IMG/VR virus record: IMGVR_UViG_3300013132_000025
Span: 32,001 to 96,000 of that record
Length of the DNA stretch: 64,000 nt
Strand: one strand, 5' to 3'
From: a virus
The translations under genes were made by a program, and so were the position numbers. The notes under the pieces are model-generated. The model had not been told where the DNA came from. It worked only from the letters and a program-made list of their open reading frames with translations, and searched no databases. Shown here piece by piece: positions 9,681-20,472 of the stretch (positions are counted from its first letter, which is position 1; each line of letters starts with the position of its first letter).

Positions 9681-11977
9681 TATGGACCCCCGGGATTGGG
9701 AGTTGCTCTATTTTCTGGTCCGGGAGGAGCAACCATAACAAATTTACCTTGAGATGAGTTAGCGGCTTTGTTAAAGACATTAAACCATTTTTTAGCATCA
9801 TCGCTAAGACCAATCTTAATTTCGCCTTCTTTTTGAACTTTATTTTCCATTGCAGAAAGAACTTCTCTTTTAAACCCTTTAGAATCAAGTTTGTTTTCAT
9901 CAACTTTCTTTTGAATAAGTTTTCTCTGCTGTTCTGTAATCGCGCCACCCTCTTTATAACTAGACAACGCTCTAGTAAATTCTCCTTTAAGGGAATCAAG
10001 AACTCCTTTTGGAATATTTCCTTTAGTAGAATCCCACGTTACTCCCGGGCCTTCAAAAGAAATTCCATAACTTTCATTAAGAGTTTTCCATGCCTTCTTT
10101 GCTGCGCTCTCATTAGAACTTCCGGCTGTCATCAAAAGACTTGCTGCTCTTTCTGCATCAGTACCTTGTGCGGCTTCAATTGCTTTTGCTAAAGCCTCTT
10201 TATCTCCACTCATACGAGCATCATAAATATCTTTTACTTTTTCTTCAAAATCAGGGCCTTTTCCACCAATATCTATGTTTTCAAAATTAAGGCCACTGCG
10301 TTCTCTAAACATAGGAATCCCGGGGATTCCTCCTTCTGAAAGGCCTTCAAACCCAAAGTCTGTTGCGCCCTCTTGAGAAAGTTCTCTAAATCTTTTAAAT
10401 GCTTTCTTTCCAAGACCGCTTCTTGCTGCACGCTCTCCTCGTCTTCCTGTTCCCTGATAATATGCTTCATATCCTTTTCCAACTGCATCAATTTCTTTTC
10501 TTACTTTTGCTTGTGCCAAAACTTTAGGTGCTTGGTTGTACATCTCTCTAATAGCAGGAAGAGGTTTGTTCATCATTCCTGCAACTAGCATTAATGCTCT
10601 ATCCTTGTTTCCACCCGTTCTTTGGGCGATATCATCAACGGTTTTAACAAGCATCTTGATTCTTTCAGTCTCTACTTCGTCTGCCTTTTCCCCGCCTCCC
10701 ATAGCATAAGGCATATCTAGAGCAAGCGCAAGCATATCGTCGGAATTTCTAAACTGAGCGCCGGGACCGCCGCCCATAATTCCAGCCGCAAACAATCCTG
10801 ACATATCTGAAGAATTCAAAACTCCCTGAATCATAGATGCGTCTATGCCAGTAAAACTAGAGGCTATTTGCCCAGCCCTCATGCCAGAAGTCCCTACGGC
10901 TCCTCCTTGAAAAGTTGCAAAAGCCGCTTGACTTGTCTCTCTTGAATAATCTTGAACACTTTTACCAGCCATTCTAGCAGCAGGACCAAATTCTTTAATT
11001 AAATCTGCACTATCTTTTACGTCTGCCTTTAATTGCTTTACTGAAAGACTTAACATATCAATCGCACCGCTTATATCAATTGCAGTAGTATTAACAATAT
11101 CAGTTACGGCTTCTTCGACAGAAACTCTTTCTCCAAGATTTCTGAAGCCTGCTTGACTAACGCCTTGATTAATTTCTAAAGCCCTTTCGTAAGAAAGCAT
11201 ATCGAAAGGATTTAACGATCTTGTAAAAGCACGGTATCTAGTTTTAAATCCTTCTGACTGAGCAGGACTCATGCTGCTTCCAAAAAGTCCCCCTCCAAGC
11301 ATATTTGGATTTGTGCCTCCACTTAATATCATCGAAGGAAATGCCATCCTTCCTGAAACTAATGACCCAAAGGAAGATCCGCTTTGAGAAAATGATTCAT
11401 ATCCCGGGCCTTGATAACCCGCTAACATTCCCAATTCAGTAGGTTGAGTTACATATGGCTCAACTATCCTTTGGGCACCAGCATAGAAATTTTTTCCAAT
11501 GTTTTGGGGTAGGAAATTGGACGCAAGCGCTAGTGTTGAAGTGATACCTCCCCGCAAAATCATTGATCTTGCTAAGAAGTCATAAAATGGATTATCTTCG
11601 CTTCCTGAAAATATAGAATCAGATCTACCCTCTTTTGATACCCCCAATCCGGTTAATGCTTTGTTAAATATGCCAGAAGATTTTCCTCCAATTTGCCCCG
11701 GTTGTGGGGTTTGAGCATTCATATTAGAAGAGGGTCTTCCACCCCCGCCGCCAAGTCCACCACTTAAGTTTTGAATTGCCTGAGTAAGACTTTGGATTTT
11801 TTCCGTATTCTCTATCAGCGCAGCCTTATGTTGCTCAAGAACAGATGTAAAGTTTTGTTGAGATGCGCCTAAGCCAGTTTTTTCTTCATTAACTTTTCTA
11901 AATGCGCCCGTAAAAGTGTCCATTAAGACACCTTCCATATCTCTCCAATTAGTTACCTTTACATCTTGAGAAGCCAT
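9680..11977 (-). CDS. Tape measure protein
   Basis: 765 aa, Gly/Ala/Ser-rich, helical-looking; immediately after tail chaperones. Confidence 0.7.
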   Translation of the reverse strand: MASQDVKVTNWRDMEGVLMDTFTGAFRKVNEEKTGLGASQQNFTSVLEQHKAALIENTEKIQSLTQAIQNLSGGLGGGGGRPSSNMNAQTPQPGQIGGKSSGIFNKALTGLGVSKEGRSDSIFSGSEDNPFYDFLARSMILRGGITSTLALASNFLPQNIGKNFYAGAQRIVEPYVTQPTELGMLAGYQGPGYESFSQSGSSFGSLVSGRMAFPSMILSGGTNPNMLGGGLFGSSMSPAQSEGFKTRYRAFTRSLNPFDMLSYERALEINQGVSQAGFRNLGERVSVEEAVTDIVNTTAIDISGAIDMLSLSVKQLKADVKDSADLIKEFGPAARMAGKSVQDYSRETSQAAFATFQGGAVGTSGMRAGQIASSFTGIDASMIQGVLNSSDMSGLFAAGIMGGGPGAQFRNSDDMLALALDMPYAMGGGEKADEVETERIKMLVKTVDDIAQRTGGNKDRALMLVAGMMNKPLPAIREMYNQAPKVLAQAKVRKEIDAVGKGYEAYYQGTGRRGERAARSGLGKKAFKRFRELSQEGATDFGFEGLSEGGIPGIPMFRERSGLNFENIDIGGKGPDFEEKVKDIYDARMSGDKEALAKAIEAAQGTDAERAASLLMTAGSSNESAAKKAWKTLNESYGISFEGPGVTWDSTKGNIPKGVLDSLKGEFTRALSSYKEGGAITEQQRKLIQKKVDENKLDSKGFKREVLSAMENKVQKEGEIKIGLSDDAKKWFNVFNKAANSSQGKFVMVAPPGPENRATPNPGGP

Positions 11978-11979
11978 GA

Positions 11980-12725
11980 TTAATTCTCCAACTCATCGGT
12001 TGACATTATATGAAGACCACTTAAGAAATCAGTAATTGACTGGAATTCTTCTGGAGAAGTTGGTACAATCTGCTCATACCCGTCCAAAGAATCTTCTTTA
12101 TTTAGATCATATATTTCTTGATATAAAGTTGGAAACGCTTGAACCATTGACTGCTTGAATTGCTCATTCTTGTTTTCATATTCATCTTCAATTTCCCAAA
12201 TAAGAAGAGCCGAGTTCATTTGATATGTCAGTTGGTTTAAGTGTTTTGAATTTCTGATAAGTCCTGCTCTATCAAGGGATCTGAGGAAGAATTTGAATTC
12301 CTCAGATCCGTCATTGATAAATTTTGGCTTTCCTCTATCGTCAGATAGACTTCATTTAATAAATCAAGATACTGCGCGTTAATAATTTCGATTACTGGCC
12401 AGTGCCAGTTTTTTCTAATATAATTAAACCTGTCTCTAATTGACTGAAGAACCGCATCGTCGTCAAATCTTGGCATAAAAGGCTTTTCGTTGATAGATAC
12501 AATTGATGCGGCTGCAATGGCTACGGCAACTGCCTTTTCTTCTGTAATTGTATCTTTATATTCTTTTACAAGTTGACCGACTGCAAGTTCTTCGTCAATT
12601 CTAAGAGTTTTAATTTCAAATTGATGACCTGACCATTCAAAAACTTTATTTAAATGACCGATATGTACAATCTGAACAAACCTATCCAAACTTTCTTTTG
12701 ATAAAAAATCCTGACTTGATTCCAA
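11980..12725 (-). CDS. Tail assembly chaperone pair joined by predicted -1 ribosomal frameshift
   Basis: ORF 12237-12725 has in-frame slippery heptamer A AAT TTA (12318-12324); the -1 frame is open (FINDGSEEFKFFLRSLDRAGLIRNSKHLNQLTYQ) straight into ORF 11980-12219; between tube and tape measure. Confidence 0.85.
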
Positions 12726-12738
12726 TTCATTCTCCTAA

Positions 12739-13344
12739 TTATAGACCCCAAGGGGCATCTTTGACAGATCCAATACTATCAAATAGATCTGGATCATCTG
12801 CTGGGGTAACTGGGGCGGTGCTTGTGTTAATAAGTTTTGTATACCATACTGAGACTTGAAGAGGGTTGATTGTTGAATCAACTCTTGTTGTTTCATCTTC
12901 TCTTACGTCCACAATTCTTGCACCTAAGAATTCTTTTGTTCTAAATCCAGCATTTGGATTTGGATCACGAATCACTCTAACAAGTTTAATTTGACTTCCA
13001 TCATCTCCTGTTGCTGATGGATTTGTCATCATCCAGTTAAATAAGTCTGCTAGATCGTTAATCTTTGTATTTCCAAACGCAAGGCCTAACTGATCGTAGA
13101 TTGTTTTATCAAAACTTTCCATAATTGTCAAAGTAATTTCTCCGTGAGAAATTGCTCTAGGAACAATAACTTCAGTTGGCCTCAGATAATTCAAAGGATG
13201 AACTTCGACAGCAGGCGCAATTGGTTGGGGAGACCTGTGAGCAACTTCTTGACATAGAATAAATGTACTTTGCTTACTAGCCGATCCGATAAAGGCCCAA
13301 GCCGTAAATGCGGAACCTGTCTGTCTTACTCTGTTAATAGCCAT
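12739..13344 (-). CDS. Tail tube protein
   Basis: 201 aa between sheath and chaperone; VEVHPLNYLRPTEVIVPRAISHGEITLT. Confidence 0.75.
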   Translation of the reverse strand: MAINRVRQTGSAFTAWAFIGSASKQSTFILCQEVAHRSPQPIAPAVEVHPLNYLRPTEVIVPRAISHGEITLTIMESFDKTIYDQLGLAFGNTKINDLADLFNWMMTNPSATGDDGSQIKLVRVIRDPNPNAGFRTKEFLGARIVDVREDETTRVDSTINPLQVSVWYTKLINTSTAPVTPADDPDLFDSIGSVKDAPWGL

Positions 13345-13360
13345 TTTATATTCTTACTCC

Positions 13361-15196
13361 TTATAAGATTAGGTTAATTCCGCCACCAGAAGCGGTGTTG
13401 GTTGCGCCAGTAAGACTAATTCCAAATGTAATCTGGACATAGTGTACTGTGTAAACTGGCTTGTATTGCCAACGAACTTCGACTACAGTAGGATCACTTG
13501 CAGAAATCCTTGCTGCTAATCCATTGTAAGCGGTTAGTTGTCCCAAGTTGACTAGACTTCTAAGAACCTGATCAACAATTGAAGCAACTTTACCGGGAGC
13601 CGCAGCATCTGCAAAGATTTGTCCAATTACGGAATCATCAAGTGCTGTTGTTACTCTTTTAATCATATTATTTCTTTGAAGAGCAACTGGAAATTCTCTT
13701 TTATTAATGTCGCTTGGAGTAGTTGTGATTTCGTGACGTACTCTAATAGATCCTGTGCTTGAAATCTGTTCAACTACTAGAAGGCCAGAGGCGGCATCAG
13801 TATTCTTGTCTAGAGTCGTTCTTTCATCTTTAACAACAGAAAGTCCTGCTACTTGTTTTCTAGTCAGAGAGGTCGCAACATCTCTTCCTGCGTGCATTCC
13901 CGCGAGGGCTGCTGCAACAAATTGACCGCCAATATTAGTATTGACGCTAAGAAAACTGTTGTAATAAGAAAATACTGCTGGGGATAAGAGACAGATATCT
14001 CCTGCTGTATCTGAATCTCCTCCCAAAGTTAACGCTTGGGATCTTAGACTTTCTTTTGAAACCGCAGTAGAAGAGCCGTCCATGCCGAGAATTGAAGTCT
14101 TAAAGATATTTCTTAACTTCATTTTGACAATGTGCGCCTGAACAAGACTAAATACATTTGTTTCTCCAGTAAGAGGAACAATTAGTTGACCGTCTTCATC
14201 ATCTTCTAGTTTTAAAAGCGCATTTTCATAATCCGAAGTTGTAGCGCTTGGAGGAACTGCAACGGCAACTAGAGAAGATGCTCCATTTAAGATAGACAAT
14301 TTAGCAGCAAACGACAACTCAGAATCAATATTTCCGGTTGCGTCAAAAGCATCTCCATATTTATCCACTACATCGTTAAAATCTGAAAAAATAGTTGGTT
14401 TCCAATAGTCTACATCAGCATAGTCGTATTGAACAGTAACCGTGTCTCCACTATCAATTCCGGGGACTGGGGTTGGATACCCAGTAGGATCAATAGTATT
14501 GTCTGTATAAGTTGTCGCGGTTCCATTATTGATTGTTGGGATATTAGCCGCAGTTCCGGGAAGTTTATAGAACGGACCCCAACTTGGGTTTAGATTTGTT
14601 CCTAAGTTTTCTGAACGATATACATTTCTTCCAATAACTGTAACAGAGGCATTAGCGGTTCCAATGCTTGAAATTGTAACAGTATCCACAGGGTCATCTA
14701 GAGTCACCGTTCCTGTAACGCCACCGATTCCGCTTTCATAAGAGGTTGTCCCTCCCCCGCTGTTAATATCAAGAACATAAGAAACAGCGTATTGATATTG
14801 ACCGGCAGGAACTACGGTTCCTACGGCTGTTGCTGGGGTTGCGGTTGGAGTGCCGGGGTACGGTACTGCGCGAATCGTTGTTGTTTCATCACCAGTGGCG
14901 GTTCCCGCTGTCTGATTGATGATAAAATTACCCGGTCCAATTACTTCGTAAGAAACTGGCTTTGTAACAGTAAAAGACAAATTTGGGGTTGTTGCTGTTC
15001 CGATAACAATACCCTTTTTGCCCAGCGTTACGGTTGCAGTTCCGTCTAAAACAACATTTTCACTATAAGTTTGATAACCTCTAGATTCTCCAATTAAAAC
15101 CGGAACAACTTGAGATGGAACATTGCCCGGAGTTAATGGTGAAGGCTGAAGTTCTCTTACCGGAAGAACTCCGGGTGGTACATATGCCATTGCCAT
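13361..15196 (-). CDS. Tail sheath protein
   Basis: YVPPGV N-terminus; FVAAALAGM, LTRKQVAG, IRVRHEITT, VEVRWQYKPVYTVHYVQITF are sheath C-terminal signatures. Confidence 0.9.
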   Translation of the reverse strand: MAMAYVPPGVLPVRELQPSPLTPGNVPSQVVPVLIGESRGYQTYSENVVLDGTATVTLGKKGIVIGTATTPNLSFTVTKPVSYEVIGPGNFIINQTAGTATGDETTTIRAVPYPGTPTATPATAVGTVVPAGQYQYAVSYVLDINSGGGTTSYESGIGGVTGTVTLDDPVDTVTISSIGTANASVTVIGRNVYRSENLGTNLNPSWGPFYKLPGTAANIPTINNGTATTYTDNTIDPTGYPTPVPGIDSGDTVTVQYDYADVDYWKPTIFSDFNDVVDKYGDAFDATGNIDSELSFAAKLSILNGASSLVAVAVPPSATTSDYENALLKLEDDEDGQLIVPLTGETNVFSLVQAHIVKMKLRNIFKTSILGMDGSSTAVSKESLRSQALTLGGDSDTAGDICLLSPAVFSYYNSFLSVNTNIGGQFVAAALAGMHAGRDVATSLTRKQVAGLSVVKDERTTLDKNTDAASGLLVVEQISSTGSIRVRHEITTTPSDINKREFPVALQRNNMIKRVTTALDDSVIGQIFADAAAPGKVASIVDQVLRSLVNLGQLTAYNGLAARISASDPTVVEVRWQYKPVYTVHYVQITFGISLTGATNTASGGGINLIL

Positions 15197-15276
15197 TAGA
15201 AAACCATCCTTTTCGCTTGCTGCTTAATTAAATGTCTACCTATTAAGATTTAAGAAAACGAATACTTTATAGGAAA

Positions 15277-15939
15277 TTATTCAATCTCTTTACCCAGTTT
15301 CAAAGAAATGTCTTGGAATGGGCCTCCAACATAGGTTGTATCAATCTGAATACCCTCAACAAATTGCTGGTAAATAGAGCCAGAATCGAAGGTTCCAATA
15401 CATCCAAAATTATACCCAACTGTGTAAATTCTTTGGTCTGTAAGACCCCAAGACGCTCCACTCATAGTCTGTTCAGCAACAGGTTCTAGGCTTCCAATTG
15501 ATAATTGAACATCCACCCTTGCTTCGCTTTCAATAAGTCTTCTGAACGGAACATTCATAACGCGACCAAACGACAGCATATTAACTACGCTGTCTGAAAT
15601 AAAATCTCTATCCATAGACGTTAGGGCAAAGATTTCCAAGGTAATAACTCCCTCAAAATACCATTTTTGTGCAATATTATCATCATCATAATAATCTATG
15701 TGACCAATTCCAGCACTTTTAAGACTTCTTTCTTGAAACCCAACAATTAATGATGGATATTGCTCCGGTCTTTGAGGATATTCAATAGTAATATGTGATT
15801 TTGTTAACAATTCTGAAGATTTATAGCCGGGGAAATATGTTTCTTGATTATTAAAAACGGCTTGGAACGCTGTAACTACTGAGCGTTTTACTTCCATCTT
15901 GTAGTTAATAGGCGCTCTTAACATGCTTGTATTAGACAT
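15277..15939 (-). CDS. Tail completion/terminator-like protein
   Basis: IEYPQRPEQYPSLIV..ITLEIFALTSMDRDFISD; upstream of sheath; start placed at MSNTS. Confidence 0.55.
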   Translation of the reverse strand: MSNTSMLRAPINYKMEVKRSVVTAFQAVFNNQETYFPGYKSSELLTKSHITIEYPQRPEQYPSLIVGFQERSLKSAGIGHIDYYDDDNIAQKWYFEGVITLEIFALTSMDRDFISDSVVNMLSFGRVMNVPFRRLIESEARVDVQLSIGSLEPVAEQTMSGASWGLTDQRIYTVGYNFGCIGTFDSGSIYQQFVEGIQIDTTYVGGPFQDISLKLGKEIE

Positions 15940-16606
15940 AACCCCAACCATCTTCACCGCTATAATCGGCTAATGTTGTACCACTATTGATTTCAATTTC
16001 ATAAGTTGGATCAGATCTGGGGATTCTAACCGCTTCGAAATTTTGAGAAACAACAATATCTGTATTTTCTATATAATTTGTTTCTGAATTCATATATCCA
16101 CGATTTAATTCTGCTCTTAAAGGTACTGGAAAGACTTTTTGGACTCTATACCTATCTCCAGTACCTGTAATTGTAATAGGGCCTGTTGGGTTTGGCATAT
16201 CAATTCTTACTGTAATTATTAAATCACCATCTTGAATGAAAGGCATCCAAGGGGCGACTCCTGATGTGACAAATATCTTAAAATAACCAGTTCTATTTGG
16301 GCTGTCGTCATCAATCATCATATTACCATCCCCAAGAGTGAGATAAGTAAAATAACCATCACTCCAACCGGCACTAAATCCAAGGTTGCTACCGACTGTT
16401 GAACTTTGTTCATAAACATCATCAAATGTCTCGTCCCATTCAGTACGGCCAACAGCAACATCATCTGTGTTGTAAATACGCTTAATTACAACAGGATTTC
16501 CATATCTAAACATATAATCAAATACAGATTGACGAACATTTTTAACTTCGGCTGGAGTAGAATTGTCATCATATCCATATTTGAACATCATGTTTTCAAT
16601 AGCCAT
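15932..16606 (-). CDS. Neck/head-closure protein
   Basis: Start placed at MAIENM (16606) to avoid overlap; position between adaptor and tail completion genes. Confidence 0.5.
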   Translation of the reverse strand: MAIENMMFKYGYDDNSTPAEVKNVRQSVFDYMFRYGNPVVIKRIYNTDDVAVGRTEWDETFDDVYEQSSTVGSNLGFSAGWSDGYFTYLTLGDGNMMIDDDSPNRTGYFKIFVTSGVAPWMPFIQDGDLIITVRIDMPNPTGPITITGTGDRYRVQKVFPVPLRAELNRGYMNSETNYIENTDIVVSQNFEAVRIPRSDPTYEIEINSGTTLADYSGEDGWGYV

Positions 16607-16616
16607 GCTAATAACC

Positions 16617-17216
16617 TTATCTGTAACCCATAAAGCGTGGGTAACGGACGCGCATTGGGATTGGGATAAGGCGACCCTGCTTGCTGTCCACAAGACCGCG
16701 AGCCTTCCCAAGTTGCAGGTAAGAACGCTTGAATACACGAAGAGCATTTTTAAACTGTTCTTCTTCTGTGGTATAGATTTCTTTCCATCTGTTTTGATAT
16801 GTAGTTCTGTCAAGAAGGGTAATATTTCCCGATCCTGTTGGAAGAGCAACTTCTACATAAGAACGAATAAGGTGATGAATAATCTCTAATGTCATTGCTT
16901 GACCCATCAAGGTGTGATGATCTTTCCATGGGAAGTCCGTCAATGTAAAGGTGGGGCTTGAGGGGTTTGGAAAGGTATAGTTAATTCTTTCTAGAGCAAA
17001 AGGGAAAAGCAAAGATGATTTTTCTTGACTAAAATTCTTGCGAGAAATATCATAAAGATATGGACCTCCGGGAACAGAATCAAATCCATCTTCTACTTTT
17101 AACCATGCTAAATCTAAAGAAAATTGTTGTTCTGGAGTTAACTCCCCACTAGGAATAGTTGGATAAGTTGACTGCAAACTAGCGCCCGTTGAGGCAGTTG
17201 GTATGGTTAATGCCAT
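16617..17216 (-). CDS. Head-tail adaptor-like protein
   Basis: 199 aa helical, LIRSYVE..LDRTTYQNRW; first gene of neck/tail operon. Confidence 0.5.
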   Translation of the reverse strand: MALTIPTASTGASLQSTYPTIPSGELTPEQQFSLDLAWLKVEDGFDSVPGGPYLYDISRKNFSQEKSSLLFPFALERINYTFPNPSSPTFTLTDFPWKDHHTLMGQAMTLEIIHHLIRSYVEVALPTGSGNITLLDRTTYQNRWKEIYTTEEEQFKNALRVFKRSYLQLGKARGLVDSKQGRLIPIPMRVRYPRFMGYR

Positions 17217-17260
17217 ATCTTTTCCTTTCCATAAATTAAGTTAAAGAAAAAAGACATAAA

Positions 17261-17292
17261 AAAGGCCCAGCCGTTAGGACTGGACCCCTTTT
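17261..17292 (-). terminator. Intrinsic terminator candidate
   Basis: Imperfect GC stem (ggcccag...ctggacc) flanked by A/T runs after the 17314 gene. Confidence 0.5.
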
Positions 17293-17313
17293 ATTTACTT
17301 TATTTAATTTTTA

Positions 17314-17844
17314 TTAAATCTGGTCTGATCTAATAATAATTGAAGCATTACTTACAGTACCAGAAACTGCTGCAACTTCTACTCTAAGATATCCACCCTT
17401 AGCCCAAGTGGTGTTTGTTACACCATTGCTTGAGTCTGCAAAAGAACCAGTTCCGATAGTGGGACGGTCAGCAGTTACAGTTCCAAAGATAGAAGTACCT
17501 GCGGCATTTGGTCCTTGAGCGGCAGTACAGTATTTAACATCAAATTGTACAGTTCCGCCGTTTGCACCAACAGCAGCGTCTACGCCCTTGATTACAAGAT
17601 CGCGGGGAGAGCGTACTACCAATCCTGAAGCAGTACCTGAAGTTGACAGGTTGCCTTGGACGGCTAAATTAAAGTAATTATCAGATGCAGTAATATAACG
17701 ACCTTCACCGTATGTTCTTAAACAACGCAAGGTTTTCTGATTGTCTAGATTAACAGTAGCAATATTATCATACTTCAATTTTTGAGTTTCATCAACTCTA
17801 AAAGGCCTTCTTGATAAACCTCTAAGTCTTACATAGGTAGCCAT
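17314..17844 (-). CDS. Virion structural protein, paralog of 17854-18405
   Basis: Shares TSGTASGLV, DVK, GTVT..RPTIGT and YLR(V/I)EVA with its neighbour. Confidence 0.6.
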   Translation of the reverse strand: MATYVRLRGLSRRPFRVDETQKLKYDNIATVNLDNQKTLRCLRTYGEGRYITASDNYFNLAVQGNLSTSGTASGLVVRSPRDLVIKGVDAAVGANGGTVQFDVKYCTAAQGPNAAGTSIFGTVTADRPTIGTGSFADSSNGVTNTTWAKGGYLRVEVAAVSGTVSNASIIIRSDQI

Positions 17845-17853
17845 GATAGCCTC

Positions 17854-18405
17854 CTAGTATCCGAAGAGTTGTACAGTTAGATTCTCGCCAGCGACTGAAG
17901 AACCAACTTGAGCAACTTCTATTCTTAGATAATCTCCAGCGGCGAAGTCTTGATTTACGGGGACTCCTGCTGTACCATTAAGAGTAGAAGCAAACTGACT
18001 TGTGCCGATTGTGGGGCGACGAGCAGTTACGGTTCCATATACGGAGGCACCGGCTGCTGTTGGTGCAGAGGTTCCGGCTACCTTTTTAACATCAACAATA
18101 AGGGTTGCGCCTGTGGGGGCAACTCCAACTTGAGCAACTACGCCGGTTAATTTACCTGCGCGTGGGGCACGCCATACTAATCCCGAGGCGGTTCCTGAAG
18201 TTGCTACAGTACCAGAGACTTGAAGCACTGGATAAAGATCTGGAAGAACAACAAATCTTGCTCTTTCATTCTGTAGCGCTCTACGAGTCTGACCATTATC
18301 TAAGTCAAGAGTAGCAACGGCGCTACCTGATACGGTTGTGGTTGAGGCTGAACCGGCACCAAATGGTACACGGGCAATACCTTTTACATTTACTTCTTGT
18401 GCCAT
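17854..18405 (-). CDS. Virion structural protein, paralog of 17314-17844
   Basis: Beta-rich, Gly/Thr/Ala-rich; APTGATLIVDV..GDYLRIEVAQVGS..AGENLTV. Confidence 0.6.
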   Translation of the reverse strand: MAQEVNVKGIARVPFGAGSASTTTVSGSAVATLDLDNGQTRRALQNERARFVVLPDLYPVLQVSGTVATSGTASGLVWRAPRAGKLTGVVAQVGVAPTGATLIVDVKKVAGTSAPTAAGASVYGTVTARRPTIGTSQFASTLNGTAGVPVNQDFAAGDYLRIEVAQVGSSVAGENLTVQLFGY

Positions 18406-18505
18406 TCTGGGTCACTCCTTTTCTGAATGTACAAAGGGGACGCAGACCTTATAGGCCCATTCTATCCTTGCTTATAGGGGAAGGTAAATCGTCTATTATT
18501 TAATG

Positions 18506-19201
18506 CTAAGACAATTCGCCTTTTACAGTCTCAATTTGAGCAGGCACATTGAACTTTTCTGCTGCTTGTTTCATTAAATTAAGGCGATAATCAACATCGT
18601 GGTGTTGGCCGTGACCATGAAACGCCATAATTACTGGTTCTGGCGAATCATTTACTTGCCACGTTGAATTCCACCTATCGTCAGCAATTTGAAACATACT
18701 CATCCATTTAAATTCTCTAAGGAGACCATTAACAACATCTTGTTCATACCACGGAGGCCCAGAGAACCTGCGATTCCAAACTTCGTGAATAAATTCTTTT
18801 GTTCTATCCGTACATCTCAAAAGAATAACACCCATATTAAAATGCGCCCCCAATTGTGGGTGCCCGGGAACTCCCGGATGAAGAACAAGGCCGAGGTCTT
18901 TATTTTCTTCTAGGCCGCTTCTGAGGTCTGTAGAAAAGTCTACAATAACACAATCATGATCAACCCAGAAGATATATTCATATTTTTCTTCACCTAAAAG
19001 ATCCATCATAAGTTTAATTCTATCCCACGCCGGATTATAGTTTGGATCATCAGTCTCAATAACAACATCACGATTTGCCCAATAATCCATGCCCCACCTA
19101 TCGGCATAGGCTTGGTGAATAGGCTCTAGCCAATCTAGGGCCTTCACCATCTCTGCCTTCCAGTTAATACAAGATTGAAGAATTACAGCATTATTAGCCA
19201 T
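18506..19201 (-). CDS. Glycosyltransferase, GT34 (GMA12/MNN10)-like
   Basis: YADRWG, PAWDRI, YIFWVDHD (DxD), FNMGVILLR, WYEQD, FHG motifs. Confidence 0.8.
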   Translation of the reverse strand: MANNAVILQSCINWKAEMVKALDWLEPIHQAYADRWGMDYWANRDVVIETDDPNYNPAWDRIKLMMDLLGEEKYEYIFWVDHDCVIVDFSTDLRSGLEENKDLGLVLHPGVPGHPQLGAHFNMGVILLRCTDRTKEFIHEVWNRRFSGPPWYEQDVVNGLLREFKWMSMFQIADDRWNSTWQVNDSPEPVIMAFHGHGQHHDVDYRLNLMKQAAEKFNVPAQIETVKGELS

Positions 19202-20450
19202 TTTTCTTCGCCTTTCTTTCCTGACGACGCCTCTGCGCTCTGTTTGGGTTCGCAGGACTTTTAGAAATGGGCGTTGAGGTCTTTTCCTGCTCTTTCTTAA
19301 ATACTTCTAATTTATCCTCAATTACCTTTAAGGTAGGAACCCAATATTTATTTGTAATCAAATCAGCATCATATTGGAGCGCTCCCTCGCGTGCTGTTTC
19401 GCGTAACTTCATGCGATCTTCGTTGGCCATATCATATGCCTGCTCCAACTTATCAAGAATAGCATCAACTGAGGGAATATATTGCGTTGCTGCTAGTTGA
19501 GTGATATAAGGAATGGCCTCTGTGCGCCTATCTAGGCTCCATCCTGCCAAGACTAATTCCTCCATAGCGGTCCAACCACCAGCGATTACGGGAGTACCGC
19601 AAGCCTGAGCCTCTATGATTGGAATTCCAAATCCTTCACCCATCGTAGCCGACATTAGAACATCGCTTGCATTATAAACATCAACAAGGAATTCTGGTGG
19701 ATAACCTGCAATATATTGGAATTGCTCAGGAACCACTACGGCATCTTGCAATCCTAGCATTTGAACAAGATCCCAAAGATTATACCCACCAACTTCAGGA
19801 GTCATGAGAGTATGCAAGTATAACTTTGAATCAGGATGCTTCTTGTAAAACTCTGCAAAAGCCTGCAACTGTTGTGGCCACGCCTTGCGGGGTGGAATAC
19901 CCTTATTCATTGCTACAATAGATGCAATAAAACAATCTTGCGGAAGGCCGATTTGTTTGCGAGCAATCTCTCGCATTTTTGGTTTAAAGAGGTTTGTATC
20001 TACCCCATGAGGTACATATTCTACCTCTAAACCGCGATCCTTTGCTTCACGAACCCCAGACTCAGAGTACGCAATAGCAACCATTGCACGCTTTAGACGA
20101 TCATAAACGCCCTCTGGCATGGGTTCGTGGTCTACAGGATACCACGGGACAAATGGGATACCTTCCATATGTGGACCATCAAGGTTCATAACCCATGTGT
20201 CATACAGAGTAAGAAGAATGTCTGCTTTCCACGCTTTTGCATAAAAGCCCATAATATCTTGCCCGTGAGGATCAAATGCTCCAGAAAAGACGGGGACTCC
20301 CTGCCAATCAAGTCGGCCACCTTGGAGTCCCCAAAAAGCAGTTATAGACATTTCGTGCCCGAGTTCCCTGATCCTAGGAACAAACAGGGCAGTCTGATTT
20401 GAATAGCCTGACGGCCCCCAAGGGGCATTACTAAACCAATTAATTCTCAT
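19194..20450 (-). CDS. Glycosyltransferase, GT4 (GT-B fold)
   Basis: VPHGVDTNLF, RKAW, YNASDVL, GEGFGIPIIEAQACGTPVI motifs. Confidence 0.9.
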   Translation of the reverse strand: MRINWFSNAPWGPSGYSNQTALFVPRIRELGHEMSITAFWGLQGGRLDWQGVPVFSGAFDPHGQDIMGFYAKAWKADILLTLYDTWVMNLDGPHMEGIPFVPWYPVDHEPMPEGVYDRLKRAMVAIAYSESGVREAKDRGLEVEYVPHGVDTNLFKPKMREIARKQIGLPQDCFIASIVAMNKGIPPRKAWPQQLQAFAEFYKKHPDSKLYLHTLMTPEVGGYNLWDLVQMLGLQDAVVVPEQFQYIAGYPPEFLVDVYNASDVLMSATMGEGFGIPIIEAQACGTPVIAGGWTAMEELVLAGWSLDRRTEAIPYITQLAATQYIPSVDAILDKLEQAYDMANEDRMKLRETAREGALQYDADLITNKYWVPTLKVIEDKLEVFKKEQEKTSTPISKSPANPNRAQRRRQERKAKKNG

Positions 20451-20472
20451 GTTTCTCCTGACTTAAACTAAA

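Noticed and set aside
15932-16849. ORF-track start at 16849
   Set aside because: Would overlap the upstream gene by over 200 bp; ATG at 16606 fits the operon spacing.
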